In this document: positions 29,456-39,921 of the stretch, in pieces
Layout: the number at the start of each line of letters is the position of its first letter
Position numbering within the stretch: position 1 is the first letter of the stretch
DNA from: Candidatus Latescibacterota bacterium
Lineage (GTDB): Bacteria; Latescibacterota; UBA2968; SICM01
DNA: 64,000 nucleotides
Direction: 5' to 3'
NCBI GenBank assembly: GCA_965217865.1
Contig: CBDCJO010000002.1
Location: 1,216,001 to 1,280,000 of the forward strand
Made by a program: the position numbers and the translations under genes
The notes under the pieces: generated by a model
What the model saw: the letters and a program-made list of their open reading frames with translations, nothing else
The model's database searches: none
Told to the model about the DNA's origin: nothing

Positions 29456-30202
29456 TCACATCGTCATCCCGCCGTCCACGACGATCACCTGCCCCGTGAT
29501 GTATTCTGCATCGTCTGAAGCAAGATACGCGACGGCAGCGGCAACATCTTCGGCGTTTCCGGGCCGCCCCATCGGCACCCGCGCCAAAAGAGCGCTTTTG
29601 ACCTCAGGGGGGAGACCCTCCGTCATCTCCGTAGGGATATAACCCGGGGCTACCGCGTTTGCTGTGATACCCCGGGAAACGAATTCCCGAGCTACGGACT
29701 TCGTCAAGCCGATCAGCCCGGCCTTTGAAGCCGCATAGTTCGCTTGGGCGGCGTTGCCTGTAAGAGCAACGACCGATGAGATATTGATGATCCGCCCCCG
29801 TTTTGCTTTTATCATCGGCCGGACCGCCGCGCGCATGGTAAGGAACGCCCCCTTGAGGTTCACCTCAAGGACCCGTCCCCAGTCCTCCTCTTTCATCCTC
29901 AGGAGCATGCCGTCCCGGGCGACCCCCGCGTTATTAACAAGAATATCCAGTCTCCCTAACTCGGAGACCACGGAGGCGATGAAAGGATTGACCGTTCCGG
30001 AGTCGGAAACGTCCACCTGACGAACGATCGCCCGCCTGCCCAGCGACTTGACCTCTTCGGCCACCCGTTCGGCTGCCTCAACGCTGCGGCTGGAACAAAG
30101 CGCCAAGTCTGCACCCTCCGAAGCGAGACGTATCGCTACGGCCCTGCCGATCCCTCGTGACCCCCCGGTCACCACCGCAACCTGTCCTTCGAGTCGTCTC
30201 AT
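29456..30202 (-). CDS. fabG: 3-oxoacyl-ACP reductase
   Basis: TGGSRGIG, NNAG, YAASK; fab operon context. Confidence 0.96.
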   Translation of the reverse strand: MRRLEGQVAVVTGGSRGIGRAVAIRLASEGADLALCSSRSVEAAERVAEEVKSLGRRAIVRQVDVSDSGTVNPFIASVVSELGRLDILVNNAGVARDGMLLRMKEEDWGRVLEVNLKGAFLTMRAAVRPMIKAKRGRIINISSVVALTGNAAQANYAASKAGLIGLTKSVAREFVSRGITANAVAPGYIPTEMTEGLPPEVKSALLARVPMGRPGNAEDVAAAVAYLASDDAEYITGQVIVVDGGMTM

Positions 30203-31125
30203 GCTGCCTTCGAAAACGCTTCCAGATCCTCCGGTCCCCCTACACAGCTGACTCGGATCTCCGGATCGATTCTACGAGCGAGCCCCTTCAGGACGTTTCC
30301 CGGACCGACCTCGATCATATCTCGGACCCCCTCGTTCACGATCCTCCGGACAGATGTATGCCATAGGACAGGACACGTCAACTGCTTCAAAAAAAGATCT
30401 TTAAGTCGTTCGGATTTTGTCTCGGGCTGGGCGGTCGTGTTGCTGACGATCGGCAGGGTTGCACGGGAAAATCGGATCCCCTCCAAAACGGGTCGCAGGA
30501 ATTCGATCGCGGGGGCCATCAGTTCGGTATGGAATGCCCCGCTGACGGCCAGTTCAATCGCACGCGTGGCCCCCCGGGATTTGGCCGATTTCATCGCAGA
30601 ACGGACGGCCTCAACCTCCCCGGAGATGACGATCTGTTCGGGGGAGTTCAGGTTGGCCGGAAAGACGGTCCCAGGTACTTCGGAGCAGAGGCCCGCAACC
30701 TGCTCTGCGTCCAGGCCGATGATCGCGGCCATCGTCCCCGTCCTCCTGGCCCCTGCGGCCTCCATGGCCCTCCCACGCGCGGCGACCAGTTTCAGTCCCT
30801 CTTCAAATCCGAAGACATCCGCCGCATACAACGCCGCACATTCACCGACGCTGTGTCCCGCCACAATCGTGGATGAGACGCCCGTCTCTCTAAGGGCCTC
30901 ATACGCCACGAGGCTATGGACGAACACGGCAGGTTGTGTGACCGAGGTCTTTTTCAAGTCCTCCTCGGGCCCTTCAAACGAAACCCGTTTAAGATCGTAG
31001 TCCAGAATTTCGCTCGCACGGTCATAAAGGCCGCGGGCGACATCGGAGACTTCGTAGAAGGCCTTTCCCATGCCCACATACTGGGATGCCTGTCCGGGAA
31101 AGAGGAATGCGAATCGACGGCTCAA
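30199..31125 (-). CDS. fabD: Malonyl-CoA:ACP transacylase
   Basis: FPGQASQ, TQPA, GHSVGE, VSGAFH. Confidence 0.96.
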   Translation of the reverse strand: MSRRFAFLFPGQASQYVGMGKAFYEVSDVARGLYDRASEILDYDLKRVSFEGPEEDLKKTSVTQPAVFVHSLVAYEALRETGVSSTIVAGHSVGECAALYAADVFGFEEGLKLVAARGRAMEAAGARRTGTMAAIIGLDAEQVAGLCSEVPGTVFPANLNSPEQIVISGEVEAVRSAMKSAKSRGATRAIELAVSGAFHTELMAPAIEFLRPVLEGIRFSRATLPIVSNTTAQPETKSERLKDLFLKQLTCPVLWHTSVRRIVNEGVRDMIEVGPGNVLKGLARRIDPEIRVSCVGGPEDLEAFSKAA

Positions 31126-32120
31126 AACGCCCAGCGCAACAGAGCGCTGCCCCAGGTATAACCCGCCCCGGCACTGGCCAGAACGACCAGATCACCCTGT
31201 TTGATCCGGCCTTCGTCTGCAGCTTCGCAAAGCCCGATAGGAATCGTGCCGCACGTCGTGTTCCCGTAACGATCGATGTTGGCGACCACTTTGTCTTTTT
31301 CGAGACCCATCCGCCGTGCGGCCGCGTCGATGATCCGATTATTGGCCTGATGCGGAACGAAAAGGTCAACATCCTTTCCCGTCAGATCGTTTCGACGCAG
31401 GATCTCCGCGGAGATGTCGGCCATGCTCGAAACGGCAAACTTGAACACCGCGCGACCGTCCTGATGCACGAAGTGCATCTTTTTATCGACGGTATCGTGA
31501 GTTGCGGGGTTCAAACTGCCACCTCCAGGCATATACAGAAATCTTCCGCCGGACCCATCGACCTGGAACCGAAAATCCAGAAGCCCAGACGTCAGGTCTT
31601 CGGTCGGCTCCAAAAGGACCGCTCCTGCCCCGTCTCCGAAAAGGACGCAGGTCTCCCGGTCGGAATAGTCGACGATCGACGACATCTTGTCTGCTCCGAT
31701 CACCAGGACCTTTTTGTGGGCACCGGTCAGGATGAATTGGGCCCCTACGACCAGCGCGTAAAGAAAACCGCAACAGGCCCCTGACAGGTCGAAACCCCAA
31801 GCCCGACCCGCGTTGATCCCCTCCTGGACCAGGCAGGCCGTGGCCGGAAACATCATGTCAGGTGTTACGGTGGACACCACGATCAGGTCGATCTCATCCG
31901 GGGAAACGCCTCGATTCTCGAGGACCTGTCTGGCCGCCTGGATGGCCATGGTGGAGCTCCCGAGCCCTTTATCCAGGATCCGACGCTCGGAAATACCGGT
32001 CCGGGTTCGAATCCATTCATCGGACGTATCCACCTTCTTCTCAAGGTCGGAATTCGTCAACCGCCGCTCGGGCAGATATTTTGCGACGGCTGTGACCGCC
32101 GCATTGAATCGACCGGCCAT
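31122..32120 (-). CDS. fabH: 3-oxoacyl-ACP synthase III
   Basis: [36 protein letters not shown]. Confidence 0.96.
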   Translation of the reverse strand: MAGRFNAAVTAVAKYLPERRLTNSDLEKKVDTSDEWIRTRTGISERRILDKGLGSSTMAIQAARQVLENRGVSPDEIDLIVVSTVTPDMMFPATACLVQEGINAGRAWGFDLSGACCGFLYALVVGAQFILTGAHKKVLVIGADKMSSIVDYSDRETCVLFGDGAGAVLLEPTEDLTSGLLDFRFQVDGSGGRFLYMPGGGSLNPATHDTVDKKMHFVHQDGRAVFKFAVSSMADISAEILRRNDLTGKDVDLFVPHQANNRIIDAAARRMGLEKDKVVANIDRYGNTTCGTIPIGLCEAADEGRIKQGDLVVLASAGAGYTWGSALLRWAF

Positions 32121-32125
32121 GAGGC

Positions 32126-32308
32126 TTATGTTTCACGAGGTCGAATGATTTCGCGGCCCTTGTAATAGCCGCAGTTCGGACAAACCCGATGGCCGAGCTT
32201 GGGTCGCTTGCAGTTAGAACAGAGGGAAAGCGACGGCGCCTTCGCCTTCCAGTGCGTCCGGCGCTTCCGGGTGCGGGTATTCGAATGTCTTCGTTTCGGG
32301 TTGGGCAC
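32126..32308 (-). CDS. rpmF: 50S ribosomal protein L32
   Basis: MPNPKRRHS...CSNC...[13 protein letters not shown]. Confidence 0.97.
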   Translation of the reverse strand: MPNPKRRHSNTRTRKRRTHWKAKAPSLSLCSNCKRPKLGHRVCPNCGYYKGREIIRPRET

Positions 32309-32372
32309 GGTTTGGCTCCACGGTGATTCGATCAGGAAAACGATAGTTTTTTTGCCCTTATGCTCTTCCGTT

Positions 32373-32906
32373 TTATGATTCTTGTTCCTCCTTAAATTTC
32401 CTCAAAGCATCCCACCTTGGGTCGACCTCCTCTCTAATGCAGGAACAGGACTCGCTGTTCCGATTGGCTCCGCACACGGGGCAAAGACCGGGACACGATT
32501 CAGAACAAAGCGGCTTCACCGGGGTTTCGAGGATTATGGCATCCCGGATTTGAGGTGAGATGTCCACCGAGACGGCGTTCTCCTCGTAGGGGATCACATC
32601 GGTGTCTCCCGCCTCCTCCAGATCGTCAAGTGTCTCCTTTGTCCCTTTTTGAAAAATCAGGTCCACGGCCGTCTCCACGTCGCGATGAATGGGTTCTAGG
32701 CATCGGCAACATGCCAGCCTTAGGTGGAAGGCGATTTCGCCGTGGGCAACGAGGGAACCACCTGTCTTGATCAGGTTTAGGATGACCTTCGTAGGGCCAT
32801 CCAGGCCAAGATCCTCTTCTGAGAGGTCCAGTTCCGAAGAGGAAGGCGTCCATTCGATCTTGTTTGTTCCCTCCGTCAGGCGCCGAAGTTCGATTTCAAG
32901 GCTCAT
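32373..32906 (-). CDS. yceD: YceD/DUF177 family protein
   Basis: CCRCLE and KPLCSESCPGLCPVCG...C.C...DPRW; upstream of rpmF. Confidence 0.93.
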   Translation of the reverse strand: MSLEIELRRLTEGTNKIEWTPSSSELDLSEEDLGLDGPTKVILNLIKTGGSLVAHGEIAFHLRLACCRCLEPIHRDVETAVDLIFQKGTKETLDDLEEAGDTDVIPYEENAVSVDISPQIRDAIILETPVKPLCSESCPGLCPVCGANRNSESCSCIREEVDPRWDALRKFKEEQES

Positions 32907-32955
32907 CGTCTAGACTGAATTCGCGTACGTCCGATAGGTCCGTGTTTTTTGTACG

Positions 32956-33372
32956 TTATCGGGCCGATGCCTCCGACCCAAAAAAGAAAGCAATCTCTTT
33001 TTGCGCATTTTCGGGTGAATCGGATGCGTGGACTGCATTTTTCTGAACGCTAACGGCCATGTCCTTTCGGATGGTTCCGGGTTCGGCCTTGGCCAGATCT
33101 GTGTTACCGATCACCTGGCGCAGATAAGATACGGCATCGTCCCGCTCAAGGACAACGGGGACGACTCTGTCGGAGGTCATGAAATCCAGGAGGTCGCGGT
33201 AGAAAGGCCGTTCTGTATGGACAGCATAAAACTCGCCTGCCTGCGATCGGGAGAGCCGGATCATCTTCATCTCCACCACCTGAAACCCCTCCGATTCGAC
33301 CCTTCGGATGATCTCACCCACCAGGTTTCTGGAGACCGCATCCGGTTTGATGATCATCAAGGTGCGTGTCAT
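32956..33372 (-). CDS. ndk: Nucleoside diphosphate kinase
   Basis: TLMIIKPDAV, PGTIR, NAVHASDS. Start moved to MTRTLM (33372). Confidence 0.96.
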   Translation of the reverse strand: MTRTLMIIKPDAVSRNLVGEIIRRVESEGFQVVEMKMIRLSRSQAGEFYAVHTERPFYRDLLDFMTSDRVVPVVLERDDAVSYLRQVIGNTDLAKAEPGTIRKDMAVSVQKNAVHASDSPENAQKEIAFFFGSEASAR

Positions 33373-33476
33373 GAAGGCGAGACCCATCCCTCTAATCTTG
33401 CTCGTTCCAAAAACGGTGGTAAAGATAAGTATAATAGAGTATTTCTTCAAGATTGTCAATCAGATTTTGGCCGCTC

Positions 33477-34997
33477 CTACGCTTCTGATCCAAACAGTTC
33501 TGCGAACATGAAAAAGTCGTCCAGGTCGATGACATCGTCTCCGTCAAGGTCAAAAAGGAGGTTGAAACCCTCCTGCCCGGATGCCAGCCCGAACCCATCC
33601 GCAAACAGAAAAAAATCGTCGAGATCCACTCTGCCATCCCCATCAAAATCCGAGCGGGAGGCCGAAGAAGGCTCGAAGGGGTCCGCTGAGATGAAGAAAG
33701 AGCCCTCTTCTGCCCCCCCTCCGGTCCGGGCGACAACCGCGACCACACGATCGGCCTGAACCGTCCGGATCTCCCCTTTCCGTGCAGTCAAGGCCATTTT
33801 AAGCACGAAGGGAGATCCAGATCGAATCGATACGACGTGAACCCGGAAGCTATCTTGTACCCCGCCTTCGAATCCGATCCGGAGTCCCTCTTGACCTCCG
33901 AAGTCGAAGTAACGCGCAGCCCAGAGTTCGACCTGCCGGAGGGAGGACCCCATCGGAAATTGCGTGACCGTCTCCGCGGACAGGTCGGAGATCTGAAATT
34001 CCGAATATCCAAACCGTCCGGTCGTGTCCAGGAGATTTGCCACGGTCCAGTCTGCGAATACCCCCTCGAAGGTGGATGCCCCCTGGATCTCCGAGAGGGC
34101 CGATTCGAATCCTTCGATCCCGTGTATCGGGTTCTGTACCAGGTTATGTATGGCGGACAAACCGTAGCGGTCTGCGAAATAAGAGACGAACAGGAACGCT
34201 TTTTCGTCCTCGAGAGGCCGACGGTCATCCTGCCAGCCGGTCAGATCGATATTTGTAAATTCCAGAAAAGTGGATGCGACGTCGATCGTATCCGTGTATC
34301 CGTTCAGGAGTTCTGAATATCCGGCGCACCCCTCATCGACCCATATCGCCTCCGTCGGATCGGCGTTCCAGTGGATCATGTGCTGAAGTTCGTGGGCCAG
34401 CGTAGAACGGGCAAGCCGACTGTCGATGTCGAGGGGGCGATCATCGATATAGATAATCTCACGGCCTATGGGAGCGGATTGATTCTCGATATCGAAATAA
34501 CCTGAGAAAAAGTTGCCCGTCGTCGCGTGGTCGTCTACGATATCAAGAACGAGGATCAAGATCTTGGGATCCCCGTCCACGTCCGGAGGAGGGCCAAAGG
34601 TCTCGGTGTTGAGCTGGTGGATCCCCTTCGAGGGGTCGGCCGACGAAGCGCGATCAAAGGCATCGGCCAGGCGATCGACCTCGGGGAAATGAACCCGATT
34701 TCCCCATTCCTCATCCTGTACGAACACGTAGCAATGCACTCCGACGAACTGGCAGGTGGCCGTTAAGGTATAACGGTCGAATGTGGAGAAGTTTAAGGCA
34801 CGAAAACTCAGCGTGTCACCCACGACGAATGGCAGGATCTGGGATCGGACGGACGTTTTGAGAGATCGCGTAATTTGGGAATGGGATAGGGAAAGGGACC
34901 CGCACATCGCTGGGGGTTCGAGCCCGTCCAAAGGGAGGGGGAGGACGGCGTATGCGAGTATGAAAAGGAAGATGTTGAACGTCCGTACTCGGATCAT
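33477..34997 (-). CDS. Secreted HExxH metallopeptidase-like protein with C-terminal paired EF-hand/dockerin-like repeat
   Basis: Signal peptide; TLAHELQHMIH and WVDEGCA; C-terminal DFDGDGRVDLDDFFLFADGFG...FDLDGDDVIDLDDFFMFAELFG. Confidence 0.8.
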   Translation of the reverse strand: MIRVRTFNIFLFILAYAVLPLPLDGLEPPAMCGSLSLSHSQITRSLKTSVRSQILPFVVGDTLSFRALNFSTFDRYTLTATCQFVGVHCYVFVQDEEWGNRVHFPEVDRLADAFDRASSADPSKGIHQLNTETFGPPPDVDGDPKILILVLDIVDDHATTGNFFSGYFDIENQSAPIGREIIYIDDRPLDIDSRLARSTLAHELQHMIHWNADPTEAIWVDEGCAGYSELLNGYTDTIDVASTFLEFTNIDLTGWQDDRRPLEDEKAFLFVSYFADRYGLSAIHNLVQNPIHGIEGFESALSEIQGASTFEGVFADWTVANLLDTTGRFGYSEFQISDLSAETVTQFPMGSSLRQVELWAARYFDFGGQEGLRIGFEGGVQDSFRVHVVSIRSGSPFVLKMALTARKGEIRTVQADRVVAVVARTGGGAEEGSFFISADPFEPSSASRSDFDGDGRVDLDDFFLFADGFGLASGQEGFNLLFDLDGDDVIDLDDFFMFAELFGSEA

Positions 34998-35006
34998 GGC
35001 CGAACT

Positions 35007-35858
35007 TCAAAACCTCCGCGTCATCGCCATCACCCACCCTCCCCTGGGGTTGGGGAGGAGCACCACACCCGAGGCGTCCGGGGGAGCGGACCCGCTTCGT
35101 GCGGCCGATGCGGCGTGGATCGCCCCGATGAATCGGTTCAGAACAAGGCCTCCGACAAACAAAAGGGCATTCCTTCGGGCGGAAGTGCTGGCGCTACGGA
35201 GTTTCTGAAACCTTATCCGGGAAGCCTCTGAATCCCATTCCCACACGTTCTCCGGTGTTTCAGAGAGCTGGTCAGCGTCGGGGCCATCCAGGAACCTGGC
35301 GACACTGTTCCGGATGTAGATACTCATATACGACGCGACCTCGTCGAAATATCGCTCCCCTTTATTTTCGACCCGGACACCGGCGTGCGCTGCTGAAAAT
35401 CCCTTGAAGGATTTGTCTCGGGCCCCGGCAAGAAGCCTGAATCCGATTTGACCCACCCAGAGCGCCCCTTCCGTGAAGAGAAAAAATCGGGCGGATGTTC
35501 CCCTTCCCGCATAAGCCTGCCCCGCGCCCGGGACGGCCAGGGACAGGAGGGCGGCCATTCCAGAGGACCTGCCGTCACCCCGGGACCGGGCGGTGTCCGA
35601 GACCGTTCTCCCGGGACGGTCCTCACCGTCTCCCGTTACCTTTTCCATCTTATTGGCCTGCCTGATCGATTTCGGAACGGTTTTTTCAAGAGTCCTTTCC
35701 GACCCTTGAATCGATCCCCATGGAGGATAGGTTCCAGGAAGGGGGGAGAAGGGAACCGATGATGACCCCGGTTGACGAAGCCTGTCCGGATCGGACCTTG
35801 CAACCGATGAGGTGGCCAGAATGGCCAAGCCCGTGAAAAAATACAAGCGAAGGGTCAC
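35007..35858 (-). CDS. Hypothetical exported/membrane protein (DUF5683-like)
   Basis: Probable GTG start at 35858 with signal peptide; LSLAVPGAGQAYAG motif; resembles its upstream neighbour. Confidence 0.65.
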   Translation of the reverse strand: MTLRLYFFTGLAILATSSVARSDPDRLRQPGSSSVPFSPLPGTYPPWGSIQGSERTLEKTVPKSIRQANKMEKVTGDGEDRPGRTVSDTARSRGDGRSSGMAALLSLAVPGAGQAYAGRGTSARFFLFTEGALWVGQIGFRLLAGARDKSFKGFSAAHAGVRVENKGERYFDEVASYMSIYIRNSVARFLDGPDADQLSETPENVWEWDSEASRIRFQKLRSASTSARRNALLFVGGLVLNRFIGAIHAASAARSGSAPPDASGVVLLPNPRGGWVMAMTRRF

Positions 35859-35878
35859 TCGATATCCTATTGAGATGA

Positions 35879-36631
35879 TTAAAACCCGAGGTTGACCCGG
35901 AACGCAGGAACCGGGTCGGCCCCCCCCCCTCCGATCAACGCTGTGTCCACCCATAACCGTGCCCCAAGCCCCCTTGCGTGAATCGAGGCATCTATGGCGC
36001 TGACGACGTGATTGAAGACAACCAGGCCCAGGATCCGTGAAGAGCGTTTGAAATATCGGTTGCTTCGATTTCGTTCGGTTTCATAGTTAAGCCTGTTCGC
36101 AGAGAGAACCTGGCCGGGATCCACGTCATACGGGATTTCTTGGCCTACGCGTCCCTCCGGGTCTTTTCCATCGTCCCAGCCGAAGACGAACTGATTGTAC
36201 TTTCCGATCAATTCATAGTATTGTTGGATATCCTCCTGTTTGGAGGGAAGGGTTTCCGCCCGCACGTAATTCGCCGACAGGGGATCGTTATCCCAATCAC
36301 GGAATCTGCTTTCGTCCCAGTGGCGATCTGCGAAGGACCGGAAATCGCGTTCTATCGATTGTCCATTGTTGGACCAGTGGGCATAGGTGATCCAGGTGCC
36401 GACCTCAACCGCCAAAAAGGCGGCCCCCCGTTTCTCCGCGCCGTAATAGAGCTCTCCGAGCCCGGGGAGAATCAGGGACATCGCGAAGGCGATCTTGGAC
36501 GATTTATCGATGGCTTCTACTTTTGATGGCTCTTTGCCGCCCTCATTCGGACCCTCAGCGAGTGCTTGAGAAGCGAAAGGACCAGCGACTGCCGCAGCCA
36601 TCGCCAGGTGCATGACGAAGACGTGTCTCAC
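35879..36631 (-). CDS. Hypothetical exported/membrane protein (DUF5683-like)
   Basis: GTG start at 36631 after a GAGGT RBS; SLILPGLGELYYG, QQYYELIGKYNQFVFGWDD, NHVVSAIDA. Confidence 0.7.
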   Translation of the reverse strand: MRHVFVMHLAMAAAVAGPFASQALAEGPNEGGKEPSKVEAIDKSSKIAFAMSLILPGLGELYYGAEKRGAAFLAVEVGTWITYAHWSNNGQSIERDFRSFADRHWDESRFRDWDNDPLSANYVRAETLPSKQEDIQQYYELIGKYNQFVFGWDDGKDPEGRVGQEIPYDVDPGQVLSANRLNYETERNRSNRYFKRSSRILGLVVFNHVVSAIDASIHARGLGARLWVDTALIGGGGADPVPAFRVNLGF

Positions 36632-36747
36632 TGTTACCTCATACCTATCCATTGAGATAGACAAGAAAAGCGGTTCGGCTTGAAAGAAAATTCGGATCCG
36701 GGATCCTGGAGCCCCGGCAAACAACCCCCGTCTCCCTATCCTTCGGT

Positions 36748-39700
36748 TTAAAGATACCCGAAAAGAAGCGAGAAGTAAAACTTAAGGCCGGAGCGCAGCT
36801 CAGGGTCCCCTGCTGATTGAAGGGGAACGGTATCGAGCCCGTAAGCCGCATCCACACTGAAGCGGGTTGGGAAGATGTGAAACGAGACGGCGTCGAACCG
36901 GATCTGGGCCCCCAGATCTTTCTTGACCCCCCGTTTCAGGATACGATCCATCCCGTCCCCATCCCAGGCCCGACCCAAATCCGCATACAGGGCCCCATAG
37001 ATTTTGTCCAGGAAGATCGGGCCCGCTTGTCGCTTGATGCTGGGAAACAGCGGAAATCGGTAGGTCGCATTCAGAAAGGCGACCCGTCGTCCTTCCAGGC
37101 TGTAGTAGGTATAACCCTTCATGCCGGGAAGTCCGCCTATCCGTAGGGAAAAGAAAGGGTCGACTTTTCGATCCACCATGCCCCCGAACAGATTGAAGGC
37201 AACCGTGCTCCGCCCCAGAACCGGAAGATATTCATGCCAATCGAGTAAAACCTGGCCGTAGATATACCGGTCGTAGATCTCCTGTACGATCGAAGCGTCG
37301 TCCCTGAATCCCTTTAGAAAATAGTTAAAGAAACGATCGTAACGGAAGAATACCTCGCGGCCTCCTCGCGGGTTGATGTCGGTATCCCGCCTCCTCGGGA
37401 TACTTTGGTGTCGATAGGTAAAGGCCATGTCGAGGCCGCTCAGGTAGTTCGCCGTGACCCTACCCCTCGGCACATCGATCCGATTGAAGCTCGACTGATC
37501 TATCGTGGTGTTATAACGACTGTAGATCGCGGCCCCGGATGCTGTTCCCCCCTTGAATTTTCCCCTCAATCCCAGTCCAATCTCATTGAGGGCGAATATC
37601 CGCTCATAGAGCCGAAAGTCCTCATCACGATTGACGATCTGCTCATCTTGGTGTCTCACTTGACGGTAATATTCCAGATAGAAAGTAGGCCGGAATTGCC
37701 TTAATTCGAAGATCCCGAACAGGTCCTGGTCGAAGTTACGGCCCAGGAGGACACCGGCAAACAATGATTGTTTGCCCAGAATGTCATCCGAAGCGAAGAA
37801 GGACCCGACCTTCGGTATCCCATCGTCGATCGCGACTCTAGGGAGGAGGGTGAGGGCCGAAAATTCGTTTCGGTACGGCCTGGATGGGATCTGGATCTCC
37901 TCTCCGGAGGAAACCGGAGGGACCGAAGCGGTAAAGTTCTGGTCAGATTCCTCAATCTGGTTCGATGTCCCTGAGCCGGCCGTTGCATCCGCGCCAATCT
38001 CCCCTTGGGGGTTCTTGATCGGGTCGGGAGGAATTGGGAGATTGAACAAGCCCGGATCGACTGAACGCCAGGATCGGACATCCGGCAGGATGCGAATTTC
38101 GTATCCGTTGTGTCCGTAATGCGAGAATGCAATCCGACCGTCCTGGGAATTTACGTCCGGGAAGAGAGCCCCACCCAATACGTTTGTAACCTGGGTGATC
38201 GTACCGTCTTCAAAGTCAAAGGCATAGATGTTGAATATACCCGTGACATCCGAGCAGAAGAAAAGCCTTCTCCCGTCGAGCGACCAGCAAGGATCCCGGT
38301 CTGTCCCTTCCGAACGAATCAGGATTTCACCACGCCCCCCCTCCGGGGACATCACGCCGATATCCCGACGCTTCCCGTCCGATTGGGAGTACGCGATTCT
38401 TCGTCCATCCGGGGACCACCGTGGGGTATAGATCTGAGTGCCCCCCCGGTTGATGGAAAGGGCTTTCCCGTCCGTCCCGTCCGACCTGGATAACCAGAGA
38501 TCGGAATTCCCCCGCGCGTTCTTGACAAAAGCGATCCACTCCCCGTCAGGGGAGATGTCGGGTTGGGTTGCGCGAAGTCCGTGCGTCAGGCGGCGAGCCT
38601 CTTTTCCATCCGGGGCGATCTCGTAAAGATCCCAGTATCGGGATCCGTTCCGGTCGGGGTCGCTTCTTTTTGAAAAGACAATAGCCTTCCCGTCAGGACG
38701 CCACGTCGCAGAGGTGACTGCGCCGCCGGGGAGTCGTTCGTCGGGTCCTTCGGACGATACGTTCAGATAGAGGCCCAATCGGCCATAATCCCCCCCCTTG
38801 TTCGAGAGGTAGATAAGACGGTTCCCCTTCGGGGACCAGCGGGGGATAATGTTCAGATACCCATCCGCTCGAAAACCAACGCCGTCGATCCGGGACACGT
38901 TCACGGAGTCCGCAACCGCACCGTATTTCGCTTTGAGGTCGGCCTTCCAACGATCGTGGAGTTCCACCCCGGAGATACCCAGAGCCCGCTGGATGGCCGA
39001 TGAGAAATTGAAACGCCACCACGATGACATCCCCCTCGTGATCTTTTCAATCTTGTCTTCTCCGAACTCACGGGCGATGTATCGGGTCAGAGAATAACCG
39101 TGGTCGTAAACTTTCTCGTTTCCCAGGCCATTTTTTTCGAAGACCCCCATCTCGTCGTAGGAAAGCAGTTTGTCGTGGAGGGTCGCCATACGGAGAATCA
39201 TGTCCCGATGGGAATCCCACCGGTCGAATTTCGCACCTGAGGCCTGGTACTGCGCGACACCTTCGGCAAACCACGGGGGGCAGACGACCGACGGAACGGC
39301 GTATGAAGTGATGACGTCCGGGAAGCCCTGAAGGATGTCCTTTCTGTTTTCCTCCTGTTGATAGCCCAGATAGTGGAAGTAGAATCCCGGGATGCGGGCC
39401 GGGGCCTTCTGTGCGACCTGGAGGGAAACCACGTGGGTGTACTCGTGGGTGATCACATTTCTGAGCCAATCGCTCGTCCCTCGAAGCTCGAACTCAAGGG
39501 CTAGGTTCGTGGTCCAGATCTCGATCGTATTTTGATAATACAGGGCGACGCCGTTGGCAAAGTCATCCGTATCCCGAAGGATAATTCGGACCTTTTCCGG
39601 GGGCACATGCCGATATAAAGAGGTGATCGGCCCAAATGCCGCTTCGGCAACCTCGGCCGCACGACGAGCGATCTCCTCCAACTCGCGGTCATAATAGATC

Positions 39701-39921
39701 TTAAAATGGGGGGTCTCAACCACCTGCCAGGATAGTTCCGGATGATTGGCCGACAGGGGATACTGTCCGGATGCAGGCCCGGGGGAATGGAACCAAAGGA
39801 TGGCCAGGAGGCAAACGACCCTCAGAAAGTCCTTATTTAACCGCTGCTTTGACAAATCGCACCTCTTTTTGTCCACCGCGATCAGTGGCCTCAACACGAC
39901 AGATATAGAGTCCTGTGGCAT
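36748..39921 (-). CDS. HExxH metallopeptidase-like + PD40 propeller + Omp85/BamA-like barrel protein (paralogue of 8917-12381)
   Basis: ITHEYTHVV, WFAEGVAQY, WDSHRDMILRMATL, SPDG repeats, IGGLPGMKGYTYY. The true start is probably somewhat downstream of 39921. Confidence 0.78.
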   Translation of the reverse strand: MPQDSISVVLRPLIAVDKKRCDLSKQRLNKDFLRVVCLLAILWFHSPGPASGQYPLSANHPELSWQVVETPHFKIYYDRELEEIARRAAEVAEAAFGPITSLYRHVPPEKVRIILRDTDDFANGVALYYQNTIEIWTTNLALEFELRGTSDWLRNVITHEYTHVVSLQVAQKAPARIPGFYFHYLGYQQEENRKDILQGFPDVITSYAVPSVVCPPWFAEGVAQYQASGAKFDRWDSHRDMILRMATLHDKLLSYDEMGVFEKNGLGNEKVYDHGYSLTRYIAREFGEDKIEKITRGMSSWWRFNFSSAIQRALGISGVELHDRWKADLKAKYGAVADSVNVSRIDGVGFRADGYLNIIPRWSPKGNRLIYLSNKGGDYGRLGLYLNVSSEGPDERLPGGAVTSATWRPDGKAIVFSKRSDPDRNGSRYWDLYEIAPDGKEARRLTHGLRATQPDISPDGEWIAFVKNARGNSDLWLSRSDGTDGKALSINRGGTQIYTPRWSPDGRRIAYSQSDGKRRDIGVMSPEGGRGEILIRSEGTDRDPCWSLDGRRLFFCSDVTGIFNIYAFDFEDGTITQVTNVLGGALFPDVNSQDGRIAFSHYGHNGYEIRILPDVRSWRSVDPGLFNLPIPPDPIKNPQGEIGADATAGSGTSNQIEESDQNFTASVPPVSSGEEIQIPSRPYRNEFSALTLLPRVAIDDGIPKVGSFFASDDILGKQSLFAGVLLGRNFDQDLFGIFELRQFRPTFYLEYYRQVRHQDEQIVNRDEDFRLYERIFALNEIGLGLRGKFKGGTASGAAIYSRYNTTIDQSSFNRIDVPRGRVTANYLSGLDMAFTYRHQSIPRRRDTDINPRGGREVFFRYDRFFNYFLKGFRDDASIVQEIYDRYIYGQVLLDWHEYLPVLGRSTVAFNLFGGMVDRKVDPFFSLRIGGLPGMKGYTYYSLEGRRVAFLNATYRFPLFPSIKRQAGPIFLDKIYGALYADLGRAWDGDGMDRILKRGVKKDLGAQIRFDAVSFHIFPTRFSVDAAYGLDTVPLQSAGDPELRSGLKFYFSLLFGYL

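Noticed and set aside
35920-35929. C10 homopolymer as a phase-variation site
   Set aside because: The frame is open through it (Gly run) near the C-terminus; no sign of disruption.
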